Shown here: one piece after another, positions 28,129 through 36,138 of the stretch
How positions within the stretch are numbered: position 1 is the stretch's first letter
Layout: every line of letters begins with the position of its first letter
Assembly (NCBI GenBank): GCA_011523515.1
Contig: WTGO01000069.1
Location: 71,890 to 135,889, forward strand
Origin: Chloroflexota bacterium
Lineage (GTDB): Bacteria > Chloroflexota > Anaerolineae > Aggregatilineales > Phototrophicaceae
DNA: 64,000 bases
Reading direction: 5' to 3'
Program-made: the position numbers and the translations under genes
The notes under the pieces: generated by a model
What the model saw: only the letters and a program-made list of their open reading frames with translations
The model's database searches: none
What the model was told of the DNA's origin: nothing

Positions 28129-29726
28129 TAGCCAATATCCTCCGAGTCTATCGTTAGGCCGACCAGGTGAGCAGTATCGGCGATATCGCCGGCGTTGGTG
28201 TAGTCGACCAGATAGATGCTGCCGTCCTCGCGTTGCAGCCAGGACGAGTAACCGTGGTCGGGCCAAGGCGCTTGGGCGGGATGATTGCCGTGCAGCTGAA
28301 TCATGCGCTCACGCTGATACTGATCGGGGTAAGCGCCGGATGCGGCGTCCCACGACCATTCGAAACCGGGCAGATTCGGGTTTCCCAGCGCGTATCTGAC
28401 TCGGCGCCAGTAGCTGCGGCCGCTGTCGCCGAACTGGCCAAATTGTGTACGCCGCAATGGGTTGCCGCCATGAAAATCACTGGCGGGCCAAGCTTCGCGA
28501 AATACGCATCTGTGCATCACCGTTTCGCCATCTAGCTTGACTTGCAGCCAGCCACGGTGATGGTGTAAGCCGACGCGGTGGAAGCGAGTCATATCAGCGG
28601 GGTGGCGCATATCATGCCGGCCGCGGCTGATCGCGATGTAGTCGGGCGCGATTGTCAGCAGTTGGCCCAAACGCGAGATGGACATGAAGGCGACCCCGCT
28701 ATGCCCAGCTGAGGCTTCCACGCGGACATCCGCCTCAAAGTCGACCGTGCTAAAGGCCGATTCCGGCGGCAGCAAGGTGTAGCGGCACTCGTGCTCGGGC
28801 AGATTCTCGATGAGCAGCGCCCCATTGTGTAGTTGGGCGCGGTACTTGCGCCGGGGTCCACCGATTGCGTATTCACCGGCTTCTTCCGCCAGGTTGCCCA
28901 CCCAGGCGTAGGTACCCAGACCGCCGTTGACGTGGCGCCCGGTCACCATGACCCGGCCGTCTTTTAATTGCTTGGCGTAGGGTCGATGAAGCGCAAAGGG
29001 CAGCATTTGCGGATCCGACCAGGTATGCCCATTGTCATCTGAGAAGGCGACGAAAGACGGGATGCCGCCCGAATGATTCTCGCGCATGACGCAGGCCAGT
29101 CGCGTGCCTCCGTCCAAAACGACAATGGCGCCTTCGCAGAAGCGGTGATAACCGTCATGAGCGATCGTGCTGCGTTCGCTCCAGCTGCGCCCGCCGTCGT
29201 CGGATGTCCACAGCACCTGGGCGAATTCTTGCGTGGCGCCGCGCATAAGATGCGAGGTCACACCCAGCGCGCCGTCGGGGAGGTCAATGACGCGATCGGG
29301 TTCAAAGCCGCCGATGCCACTTTCAGTCTGCGCCGGCGTCCACGAATCGCCGTCGTCATGGCTCCAGTACAGCCAATTGCCGGCTGGCTGGTTTTCGTGA
29401 AAATGGCCGTCATCGTCATGGTCGATGATGGCCACCAGGCGTCCGTCACTGAGCCGGCTCAATCGCGGTGTGACCAGGCGCTCGTCGCCCTGCGTCAGGT
29501 CGGCGCGATCAATCTCTCGGTGTTTGAACCAGGACTCGCCTTGATCGTCACTGGCCAGCAAAGTCAAGACCTGGTCTTGCAGCGACCAATGCGCGTCTAC
29601 ATCGCTATAGATGAGCATATAGCGCGCGGATGGCAGAGCGATGATATCGGGATTCTTGGTGAAGCGCCCGGGGCTGCGCCAGATGTCATTTACCTTGTGG
29701 GCGAGTGATCGCGTATGTATCAGCAC
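28128..29726 (-). CDS. Asp-box (BNR) beta-propeller protein of the sialidase superfamily with an inserted/C-terminal ~200-aa domain
   Basis: Asp-boxes SDDQGESW, SHDDGDSW, SDDGGRSW, SDDNGHTW. No recognisable (F/Y)RIP motif. An extra domain spans about aa 290-490 before a final blade-like segment GYSSWLQREDGSIYLVDY. Confidence 0.7.
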   Translation of the reverse strand: MLIHTRSLAHKVNDIWRSPGRFTKNPDIIALPSARYMLIYSDVDAHWSLQDQVLTLLASDDQGESWFKHREIDRADLTQGDERLVTPRLSRLSDGRLVAIIDHDDDGHFHENQPAGNWLYWSHDDGDSWTPAQTESGIGGFEPDRVIDLPDGALGVTSHLMRGATQEFAQVLWTSDDGGRSWSERSTIAHDGYHRFCEGAIVVLDGGTRLACVMRENHSGGIPSFVAFSDDNGHTWSDPQMLPFALHRPYAKQLKDGRVMVTGRHVNGGLGTYAWVGNLAEEAGEYAIGGPRRKYRAQLHNGALLIENLPEHECRYTLLPPESAFSTVDFEADVRVEASAGHSGVAFMSISRLGQLLTIAPDYIAISRGRHDMRHPADMTRFHRVGLHHHRGWLQVKLDGETVMHRCVFREAWPASDFHGGNPLRRTQFGQFGDSGRSYWRRVRYALGNPNLPGFEWSWDAASGAYPDQYQRERMIQLHGNHPAQAPWPDHGYSSWLQREDGSIYLVDYTNAGDIADTAHLVGLTIDSEDIG

Positions 29727-29804
29727 TCGAGTCTCCTTAGGCTTTTACCAATATTAATGACGTGGCTCGCGAATGCACCTAAGGCATCGCCCTTGTCGCG
29801 CCCC

Positions 29805-30863
29805 TCAGCGACTAGAATCCAGCTCAATAAAAGCCAGGCGCAAGAATTCGTAAGGGTGGCTCTCTCCGCCTTCGTAGAGGCACAGGACACGACCGTCGGG
29901 CGCGGCCGCCAGATCTGAATAAGCGCTGGGGCCGCCGAAAAGCGTGACATGGCCGGGCCAGGTCGCGCCTTCATCGCTGCTGCCACGCAGGGTCATATTG
30001 ACGCGCTCGCTGGCGCTGGCCGGGTTGGCAAAGAGAATGATTCCGTTTGATTTCGGACAGTTGATAATGCTCGCCTGACAAATGGGTTCAATCAGCGCCG
30101 GATCAGTTCGCTGGTCGCCCCAGGTCAGGCCGCCGTCCGCGCTGCGCGCCACTTGCCGCGCCCGCGCGCCGGGCGCATAACTGCGCATATTCAGCAGCAG
30201 ACGACCGCCACCGAGTTCGACGACTTCGCACTCATTCACTTGGGGCCGAGGCGTGCGCCCGCCCAGATTCCAGCTCGCGCCATTGTCGTCGCTATAGATG
30301 ATATGCGAGTAATAGTCCTTGGTCTCCGATTCGATATGGTCGCAAGGAATAACGAGGCGTCCGCTATATTTCCCGTTTCGAATCTGAATGCCGTGTCCCG
30401 GCCCGGTCGCGTACCAGGTCCAGTCAGCCCGCTTGACATCGCCTGTTATTTCATTCGGCAACGACCAAGTCAAGCCGTCGTCAATAGAAGATGTAACGTA
30501 GACGCGACGCGTGTCGTGGCTGCTGCCGGCGATGATGTCACGTTCATGGTCATCGCCGCGGTTCCAGGTCATCAGCAAGTGGATTGCGCCGCTGTCGCGG
30601 TCGACTACCGGCGCCGGATTGCCACAAGTATTGCCAGCGTCATCCCACACGATTGACTGGCGGGACCAGGTTGCGCCGCCGTCGGTCGAGCGCTTGACAA
30701 GCAGCGCGATGTCGCCGAAATCGCGGCGGTGATGTTTGCGCCCTTCGCAGAAAGCAAGAATCGTACCGTCTCTGGTGACAGCCAGGGCGGGGATACGATA
30801 GGTGTGGTAGCCATCGCTGCCGCTGCGCCAGAGGTCGAACTGCTCGACATTCTGTTTAAACAT
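29805..30863 (-). CDS. GH33-type exo-alpha-sialidase, no signal peptide
   Basis: YHTYRIPALAVTRDGTILAFCEGR. Five Asp-boxes (STDGGATW, SIDDGLTW, SDDNGASW, SADGGLTW, SSDEGATW). Confidence 0.8.
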   Translation of the reverse strand: MFKQNVEQFDLWRSGSDGYHTYRIPALAVTRDGTILAFCEGRKHHRRDFGDIALLVKRSTDGGATWSRQSIVWDDAGNTCGNPAPVVDRDSGAIHLLMTWNRGDDHERDIIAGSSHDTRRVYVTSSIDDGLTWSLPNEITGDVKRADWTWYATGPGHGIQIRNGKYSGRLVIPCDHIESETKDYYSHIIYSDDNGASWNLGGRTPRPQVNECEVVELGGGRLLLNMRSYAPGARARQVARSADGGLTWGDQRTDPALIEPICQASIINCPKSNGIILFANPASASERVNMTLRGSSDEGATWPGHVTLFGGPSAYSDLAAAPDGRVLCLYEGGESHPYEFLRLAFIELDSSR

Positions 30864-30868
30864 TCGTC

Positions 30869-31747
30869 TTAGCCTTTGATTCCGCCGATCATGATGCCTT
30901 TGACAAAATAGCGCTGCACGAAGGGGTAGATGAAGAGGACAGGCACCGTGCTGACGATTATCAGCGCCGAACGCAGGGAGGCAGCCGGGGGCGGGTCTTC
31001 AATGAATGCAAGTTCCTCAAGGCCTTGCATATTGGTGGTTTCCAGCAGGCTGCGCAGGATAATCTGCATCGGCTTCAGGTGAGATTTGTCGATGTAAATC
31101 GCGGCGTCGAACCAGGAATTCCAGTGCCAGACGGCGTAGAAGAGCCCGATGGTGGCGATGACGGGCATGGACAGCGGCAGCACGATGCGCAGCAGGACGG
31201 TCGGTGGCGACGCGCCATCGACAATGGCGGCGTCGAATAACTCTTCCGGCAGGCTCATAAAGAAGTTGCGCATAATGAGCATATTCCAGGCGTTGATCAA
31301 GCCGGGGAAGACCATCGACCAGAGCGTGTTGCGCAGGCCCAGCGCATCGACCAGCAGAAAGCGCGGTATCAGTCCGCCGCTGAAAACCATGGTGATGAAG
31401 ACGAATATCGTCAGTGGCACGCGGCCGGGCAAGTCCCGCTTCGCCAGCGCGTAGGCCATTGTGATTGTAAAGGCGAGGTTGAAGCCGGTTCCCACAACCA
31501 CGCGGAAAAGCGTGACACCGTAAGCGTTGAGAATGACCTTGCTGCGTCCAAAGAGGATATCGTAGGCGCCGGAAGAGAAGGCTTCGGGGTAGAGTACGTA
31601 TCCGCCGCGGCGAGCGAATTCGGCATCGCTGATGAATGAAGTGGAAAAAACGATGATGAAAGGAATAAGGAATGCCAAGGTCAACAGTATGAGCAGCAGG
31701 TATATGGTAGCGTGAGCGAGCTTTTCGTTGCGCGATAGCTTGAGCAT
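30869..31747 (-). CDS. CUT1-type carbohydrate ABC permease (LplC/YtcP-like)
   Basis: Six-TM pattern with EAA loop ELFDAAIVDGASPPTVLLRIVLPLS. Confidence 0.88.
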   Translation of the reverse strand: MLKLSRNEKLAHATIYLLLILLTLAFLIPFIIVFSTSFISDAEFARRGGYVLYPEAFSSGAYDILFGRSKVILNAYGVTLFRVVVGTGFNLAFTITMAYALAKRDLPGRVPLTIFVFITMVFSGGLIPRFLLVDALGLRNTLWSMVFPGLINAWNMLIMRNFFMSLPEELFDAAIVDGASPPTVLLRIVLPLSMPVIATIGLFYAVWHWNSWFDAAIYIDKSHLKPMQIILRSLLETTNMQGLEELAFIEDPPPAASLRSALIIVSTVPVLFIYPFVQRYFVKGIMIGGIKG

Positions 31748-31757
31748 GCGCCTTCTC

Positions 31758-32738
31758 CTACCACAAGCCCGGCTGGCCCAATCGGTTGGCCAGGGTATTC
31801 GCTACGATTAGAAACAGGAAAGCCATGACGCCTTTGAACAAACCTACCGCCGCTGCGAACGAGTACTTGAGCCCCAGCAGACCCTCGCGATAGACGTAGG
31901 TATCGATGATATCCGAGACGCTGTAGACTGCCGGCGAGTAGAGTAGCAGAATCTGTTCAAAGCCGGCGTCCAACAGATTCCCGATTTCAAATATGAAGAG
32001 AATGGTGATGACAAAGGCGATGCTGGGAAGCGTGATATGGCGCGCCATTTGGAAGCGGTTGGCGCCGTCGATAGCTGCCGCTTCATAGAGAGCCGGATCA
32101 ATCGCGGACATGGCGGCCAGGTAGAGGATGCTGCTCCAGCCGATCGTCTTCCAGACGTGCGTGAGCGTCAAGATGCCGCGAAACTGGTCGGGATTGGTCA
32201 GGAACGTCCAGCGCTCCCCGGTCAGCTCATTCAGCCATTCCGTAATCAGACCACCGCTGGTCGCCACCAGCGCCGTCACCAGACCCGTAGTCACCACCCA
32301 GGAGATGAAGTGGGGCAGATAGGACACGGTCTGCACGAAGCGCTTGAATTTGACGCGAAAAACTTCATTGAGCATGAGGGCGAAGATGATTGGAGCCGGA
32401 AAGCCAAAGATGATCTTCAAACCGCTAATGACCACGGTATTTTCGATGACATTCCAGAAGAATATGGAGTTGAAGAAGCGATTGAAGTGCTTGAAGCCCA
32501 CCCAGGGCGCTTCGATAATCCCGGCGACGCCGCCGAAGGGCGAGATGTCTTTGAAGGCGATGACAATGCCGATCATCGGCAGATAGTGAAAAATGATGAA
32601 ATACAAGATGCCCGGCAAGGCGAGCAGGTAGTAGAAGCGGAAGAACCAGATGCGCTTCAGAAGCCTGCGCCATTTGCCGTCGTTTGACACGGAGGGCGAA
32701 TAGCGGCTATGCGGCATCATGCTGCTATGGGCGGTCAT
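31758..32738 (-). CDS. CUT1-type carbohydrate ABC permease (LplB-like)
   Basis: N-terminus KRIWFFRFYYLLALPGILYFIIFHYLPMIGIVIAFKD is typical of LplB-type permeases. EAA loop YEAAAIDGANRFQMARHITLPS. The ATG overlaps the upstream stop (TAATG). Confidence 0.88.
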   Translation of the reverse strand: MTAHSSMMPHSRYSPSVSNDGKWRRLLKRIWFFRFYYLLALPGILYFIIFHYLPMIGIVIAFKDISPFGGVAGIIEAPWVGFKHFNRFFNSIFFWNVIENTVVISGLKIIFGFPAPIIFALMLNEVFRVKFKRFVQTVSYLPHFISWVVTTGLVTALVATSGGLITEWLNELTGERWTFLTNPDQFRGILTLTHVWKTIGWSSILYLAAMSAIDPALYEAAAIDGANRFQMARHITLPSIAFVITILFIFEIGNLLDAGFEQILLLYSPAVYSVSDIIDTYVYREGLLGLKYSFAAAVGLFKGVMAFLFLIVANTLANRLGQPGLW

Positions 32739-34288
32739 TAACCTGCGCCTGCTGTCTGTGCGGCTGATTTGAGGCGCGGCACAGGAAGCGCAGCTCGCCA
32801 GCCGCCGCGAAGGCGCGCGGACAAGTCGCTGATTGTCCGCGCGTAGCTCGCGTCTCCAGCGACATTGTGGATTTCAGCGCCACTTTCACTGTGATCGTAC
32901 AGCTCGCGCTCAAGTATCTCGCCCGAGCCAAAGTCTTGCCACTCGGTATAACGATAGCGGACGGCGCGTATGCTGTAGCCCATCACTTCCGGCTCGCCGC
33001 GATACGTCCAGGGGCGGGGAAACTGGCTGAAGGCGGCCGTTTTCCAGGGCAACTCCGGCTCCTCCAGCAGCGGCGCCAGGCTGAGTCCTTCAAGATCTTC
33101 GCGCGGCGGCAAGCCGCAGCAATCGAGCAAGGTCGGATAGATATCGACGAATTCGACCAGTGCGTCGCAATCACCGGCGGGAGCGCCGGGAACGGAAACT
33201 ATCAGTGGCGCGCGCGTATCCAGCTCATAGTTGGTGGTCTTGCACCACAGCGCCTTCTCGCCGAGGTGATAGCCGTGGTCGCCCCAGAGCACGATGACGG
33301 TATTTTGACGCAGTCCCTGCTCATCCAGCGCGGCAATGAGCTTGCCAACCTGGGCGTCCATGTAGCTGACGCAGGCGTAATATCCGTGCCTGAGTCTGCG
33401 AACCAAGTCGTCGGGAATGGGTCCCTTGTCTGGAATGTCGCTGTAGCCCCGCAGTTCCTTGCTGCTGTGCCAGGCGAAGTCGGGAATGCCGACGGGCTTC
33501 TGCGCGTGTTCCGGCGCCGATATAGCATCGCGCTCATATAGATCCCAATAGCGCTTTGGCGCGCTGAATGGCAGGTGCGGCTTGCGGAAACCGACGGCCA
33601 GAAAGAAAGGATAGTCGCCGAATTCAGCCAGAAGCTTGCAGGCGGCTGCGGCGACTCTGCCATCGCCGTAAGCATTATCGGGCGCATCAGCGGCTTCTGT
33701 GGCGGCCATCTTGTAGCCGGGCCAGCGCTCGGCTGCTGGCGTTTGGTTCTCCGTCAGCAAGTAGTCGGCGCTCTTCCAGACGACATTCAGAAGGGCGTCG
33801 TCCGACCAGGATCGCGGATCCTGCGCTTGCGGCGAGCCGTGATAAATCTTGCCGACCGAACGAGAGATATAGCCCTGCTGCTTGAAGCATTCAGGCAGTG
33901 TGACGACATCGGGTCTTGCCCCGCGGAAATGCGTGCCGCCGCAGTACTGCGGCAACTCCGCCAACTGGTCAGGAAGCTCGTGGCGGAAATGGGATTTCAA
34001 ATCCCAAACCCTAATCGTATCCGGACGCAGGCCGGTCATCAGCGAAGCGCGCGAAGGGTTGCAAACGGCTTGCTGGCAGTAGGCACGCTGAAACACTGTG
34101 CCGCGGGCGGCGAGGCGATCAATGTTCGGGGTTTTCGCGTTGCTGTCGCCGTAGCAGCCGAGCGCGGTCCTCAAGTCATCGACAGCGATGAAGAGTACAT
34201 TTGGCTTGTCCGTGGAGTTCAAAGCGGTCCGCTTTGGCAATGGCGCGTCTCGTCGGGAAGGATCCACAGAACTTGGAAACTCGCTCAC
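32738..34288 (-). CDS. formylglycine-dependent sulfatase, iduronate-2-sulfatase-like, no signal peptide
   Basis: NVLFIAVDDLRTALGCYG and VCNPSRASLMTGLRPDT, the CNPSR variant typical of IDS-like sulfatases. GTG start. Confidence 0.85.
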   Translation of the reverse strand: MSEFPSSVDPSRRDAPLPKRTALNSTDKPNVLFIAVDDLRTALGCYGDSNAKTPNIDRLAARGTVFQRAYCQQAVCNPSRASLMTGLRPDTIRVWDLKSHFRHELPDQLAELPQYCGGTHFRGARPDVVTLPECFKQQGYISRSVGKIYHGSPQAQDPRSWSDDALLNVVWKSADYLLTENQTPAAERWPGYKMAATEAADAPDNAYGDGRVAAAACKLLAEFGDYPFFLAVGFRKPHLPFSAPKRYWDLYERDAISAPEHAQKPVGIPDFAWHSSKELRGYSDIPDKGPIPDDLVRRLRHGYYACVSYMDAQVGKLIAALDEQGLRQNTVIVLWGDHGYHLGEKALWCKTTNYELDTRAPLIVSVPGAPAGDCDALVEFVDIYPTLLDCCGLPPREDLEGLSLAPLLEEPELPWKTAAFSQFPRPWTYRGEPEVMGYSIRAVRYRYTEWQDFGSGEILERELYDHSESGAEIHNVAGDASYARTISDLSARLRGGWRAALPVPRLKSAAQTAGAG

Positions 34289-34340
34289 AGTGTGATGGCG
34301 GGAGACGAATCATCATCCCCCGCCATTTGTAGATTATGGA

Positions 34341-35801
34341 CTATACGCCGCCCAGTTCGTTGTATTGAGCGGATATCGCGTTGACCCAGTCGTTGATGCC
34401 GGCGCGCTCGAGGTCGTTCATGAAGTCGTCCCATTGATCGAGCGGGCGCTGACCGGTGATGAACAGAATGGTCTGCTCGTCCAGAAGGCGCGTGATATCG
34501 CCCAGTGTGGGCACTTCATCGGCGATACGGCTCAGATTGTAAGCCAGCCCGCCATCAAAGGGCCATTTGGCATCGCCCAAATCGATCAATTGCCCACCCA
34601 GATACTCGACATGCCAGGCGCGGGACGGGTCGTCCAGGCTGTAGCGGATCTCGATATTGAGGTTGGGCAGCATGTATTCGCTGACATAGCCGAAGCTCAA
34701 GTCAGGATTGACCAGGTTAGTTGCTTCATCCAGGTAATCCCACATTTCGCCCTTGATGCCGTAGCGCGCGGTCAGTTGATTGTCGGTGGTATCGGCGCTA
34801 TAGACCCAATCCATGAACTGGATGACAGCGGCCGGGTGCTCCGCTTTGCGCGTGACAACGTAGGCGCTGGCGTTTTGCGGACGGGACGTGGCTATGTATC
34901 CCATGTCGGTGGTGATGCTGGTGCGCGCCCAGGCGATGCCTTCGCAGCCGCTTTCAATTTGCGGCGTGATCAGCGTGATGCGCGAATACCAGCCCATCCA
35001 TACGCCCAGGTTGCAAGTGCGGAACAACTCCGGCGCGTCGAAGCGCGTGAAGGTATCGGGGAAGAAGTAACCGGCTTCCCACCAGGAATTCAGCTCGGTC
35101 ACCCAATCGCGGACGCCGGGCTGCAACACCCAGGGTTTTACCATGCCGTCGTCGGGGTCAAGCCAGTTGGAGTGACCGTTGGGGGTGAAGCCACCGAGGG
35201 TCGTCCAACGGATGTCCCCGGGGCGTGTCGCGACCATGGCTTCGGGATTATGCGCCAGGAACGCTTCAATGGTAGCTTCCAACTCATCCCAGGTCGTCGG
35301 CACTTCCAGGCCCAGCTCGTCAAGCCAATCCTGGCGCACCCAGGTGATGTAAGGGCTGGTTGGCGTCGAGCGCGGAATGCCCATGATTTCGCCATCGGAA
35401 TTGCGCATGATATCAAACTGTTGCTCGGGAATAACTTGCAAGATGTTCTGGCCATGTTCCACGAGCAGATCAGTGATGGGGATGATCGCCATGGCGTAGT
35501 CATGCCAGCCATTGCCGCCGGCTTGGAAGAGGTCGACCGGGTCGCTGGAACCGAGCAGGAGATTCAACTGCTCCGTAGCGCTGGCGGCGCCACCGGGTAC
35601 GATTGTGACCGGACGGACGCCCGACTGCTCGGCGATATGATCTTGCACGCGCTGCAATACATCGGGGTCGCTGCCGCCCGCATCAAACTGGAGCGTACCG
35701 GAATTGTTAAAGATGTAGATGACCGGTTCGTCCTGGGCCATTGCCGCTGGCAATAGCAATATTAGAACTAACAACAATGAAACAATACGCAGCCTGCTCA
35801 T
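34341..35801 (-). CDS. family-1 extracellular solute-binding protein (LplA-like, CUT1 sugar ABC system)
   Basis: Signal peptide MSRLRIVSLLLVLILLLPAAMAQDE and GGAG 7 nt upstream of the ATG. Size and Trp-rich composition are typical of polysaccharide-type SBPs. Confidence 0.8.
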   Translation of the reverse strand: MSRLRIVSLLLVLILLLPAAMAQDEPVIYIFNNSGTLQFDAGGSDPDVLQRVQDHIAEQSGVRPVTIVPGGAASATEQLNLLLGSSDPVDLFQAGGNGWHDYAMAIIPITDLLVEHGQNILQVIPEQQFDIMRNSDGEIMGIPRSTPTSPYITWVRQDWLDELGLEVPTTWDELEATIEAFLAHNPEAMVATRPGDIRWTTLGGFTPNGHSNWLDPDDGMVKPWVLQPGVRDWVTELNSWWEAGYFFPDTFTRFDAPELFRTCNLGVWMGWYSRITLITPQIESGCEGIAWARTSITTDMGYIATSRPQNASAYVVTRKAEHPAAVIQFMDWVYSADTTDNQLTARYGIKGEMWDYLDEATNLVNPDLSFGYVSEYMLPNLNIEIRYSLDDPSRAWHVEYLGGQLIDLGDAKWPFDGGLAYNLSRIADEVPTLGDITRLLDEQTILFITGQRPLDQWDDFMNDLERAGINDWVNAISAQYNELGGV

Positions 35802-35949
35802 TCGATTTCTCCTTGTTGATCGTGAATACCAAAATCAATGACGAAACTTGCCAACAGTATGTCCTGATTCACCTCCTTCGCGGCGCCAATTTAGGTTTGC
35901 CGACTCGGTTACCGGGATTCTCTGGCACGCTCAATTTTTCAACCGACTC

Positions 35950-35978
35950 ACTATAACGAATTGCGCTGGACATGTCAA
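35950..35978 (-). promoter_or_regulatory. near-consensus promoter TTGACA-N17-TATAGT for the CUT1/sulfatase/sialidase operon
   Basis: Minus strand: TTGACA (35978-35973), 17-nt spacer, TATAGT (35955-35950). It implies a ~140-nt 5' leader before ATG 35801. Confidence 0.55.
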
Positions 35979-36076
35979 AGCAGTGCTGTATTCAAAAGGG
36001 ATACGCCTGCGGGCTCTCGCCACAGCTCGCTGCGCGTACCAAAAGCCTGCCATTTGCCAAATACCATCTTTACAGC

Positions 36077-36105
36077 AAAAAAGGCCCTGCATCTGTCGCA
36101 GGGCC
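36077..36105 (-). terminator. rho-independent terminator after the GH-A gene
   Basis: Minus-strand RNA GGCCCUGC-GACAGAU-GCAGGGCC followed by UUUUUU. It begins 34 nt after the stop at 36139. Confidence 0.75.
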
Positions 36106-36138
36106 CTACTTCTGATCATGGAATCCGCATGGCTAGAT

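Noticed and set aside
35870-35878. SD-like AAGGAGGTG in the long leader, considered as the RBS of a leader peptide.
   Set aside because: No ATG, GTG or TTG lies at a functional distance (5-10 nt) downstream. It is kept only as a feature of the leader, not as a gene.
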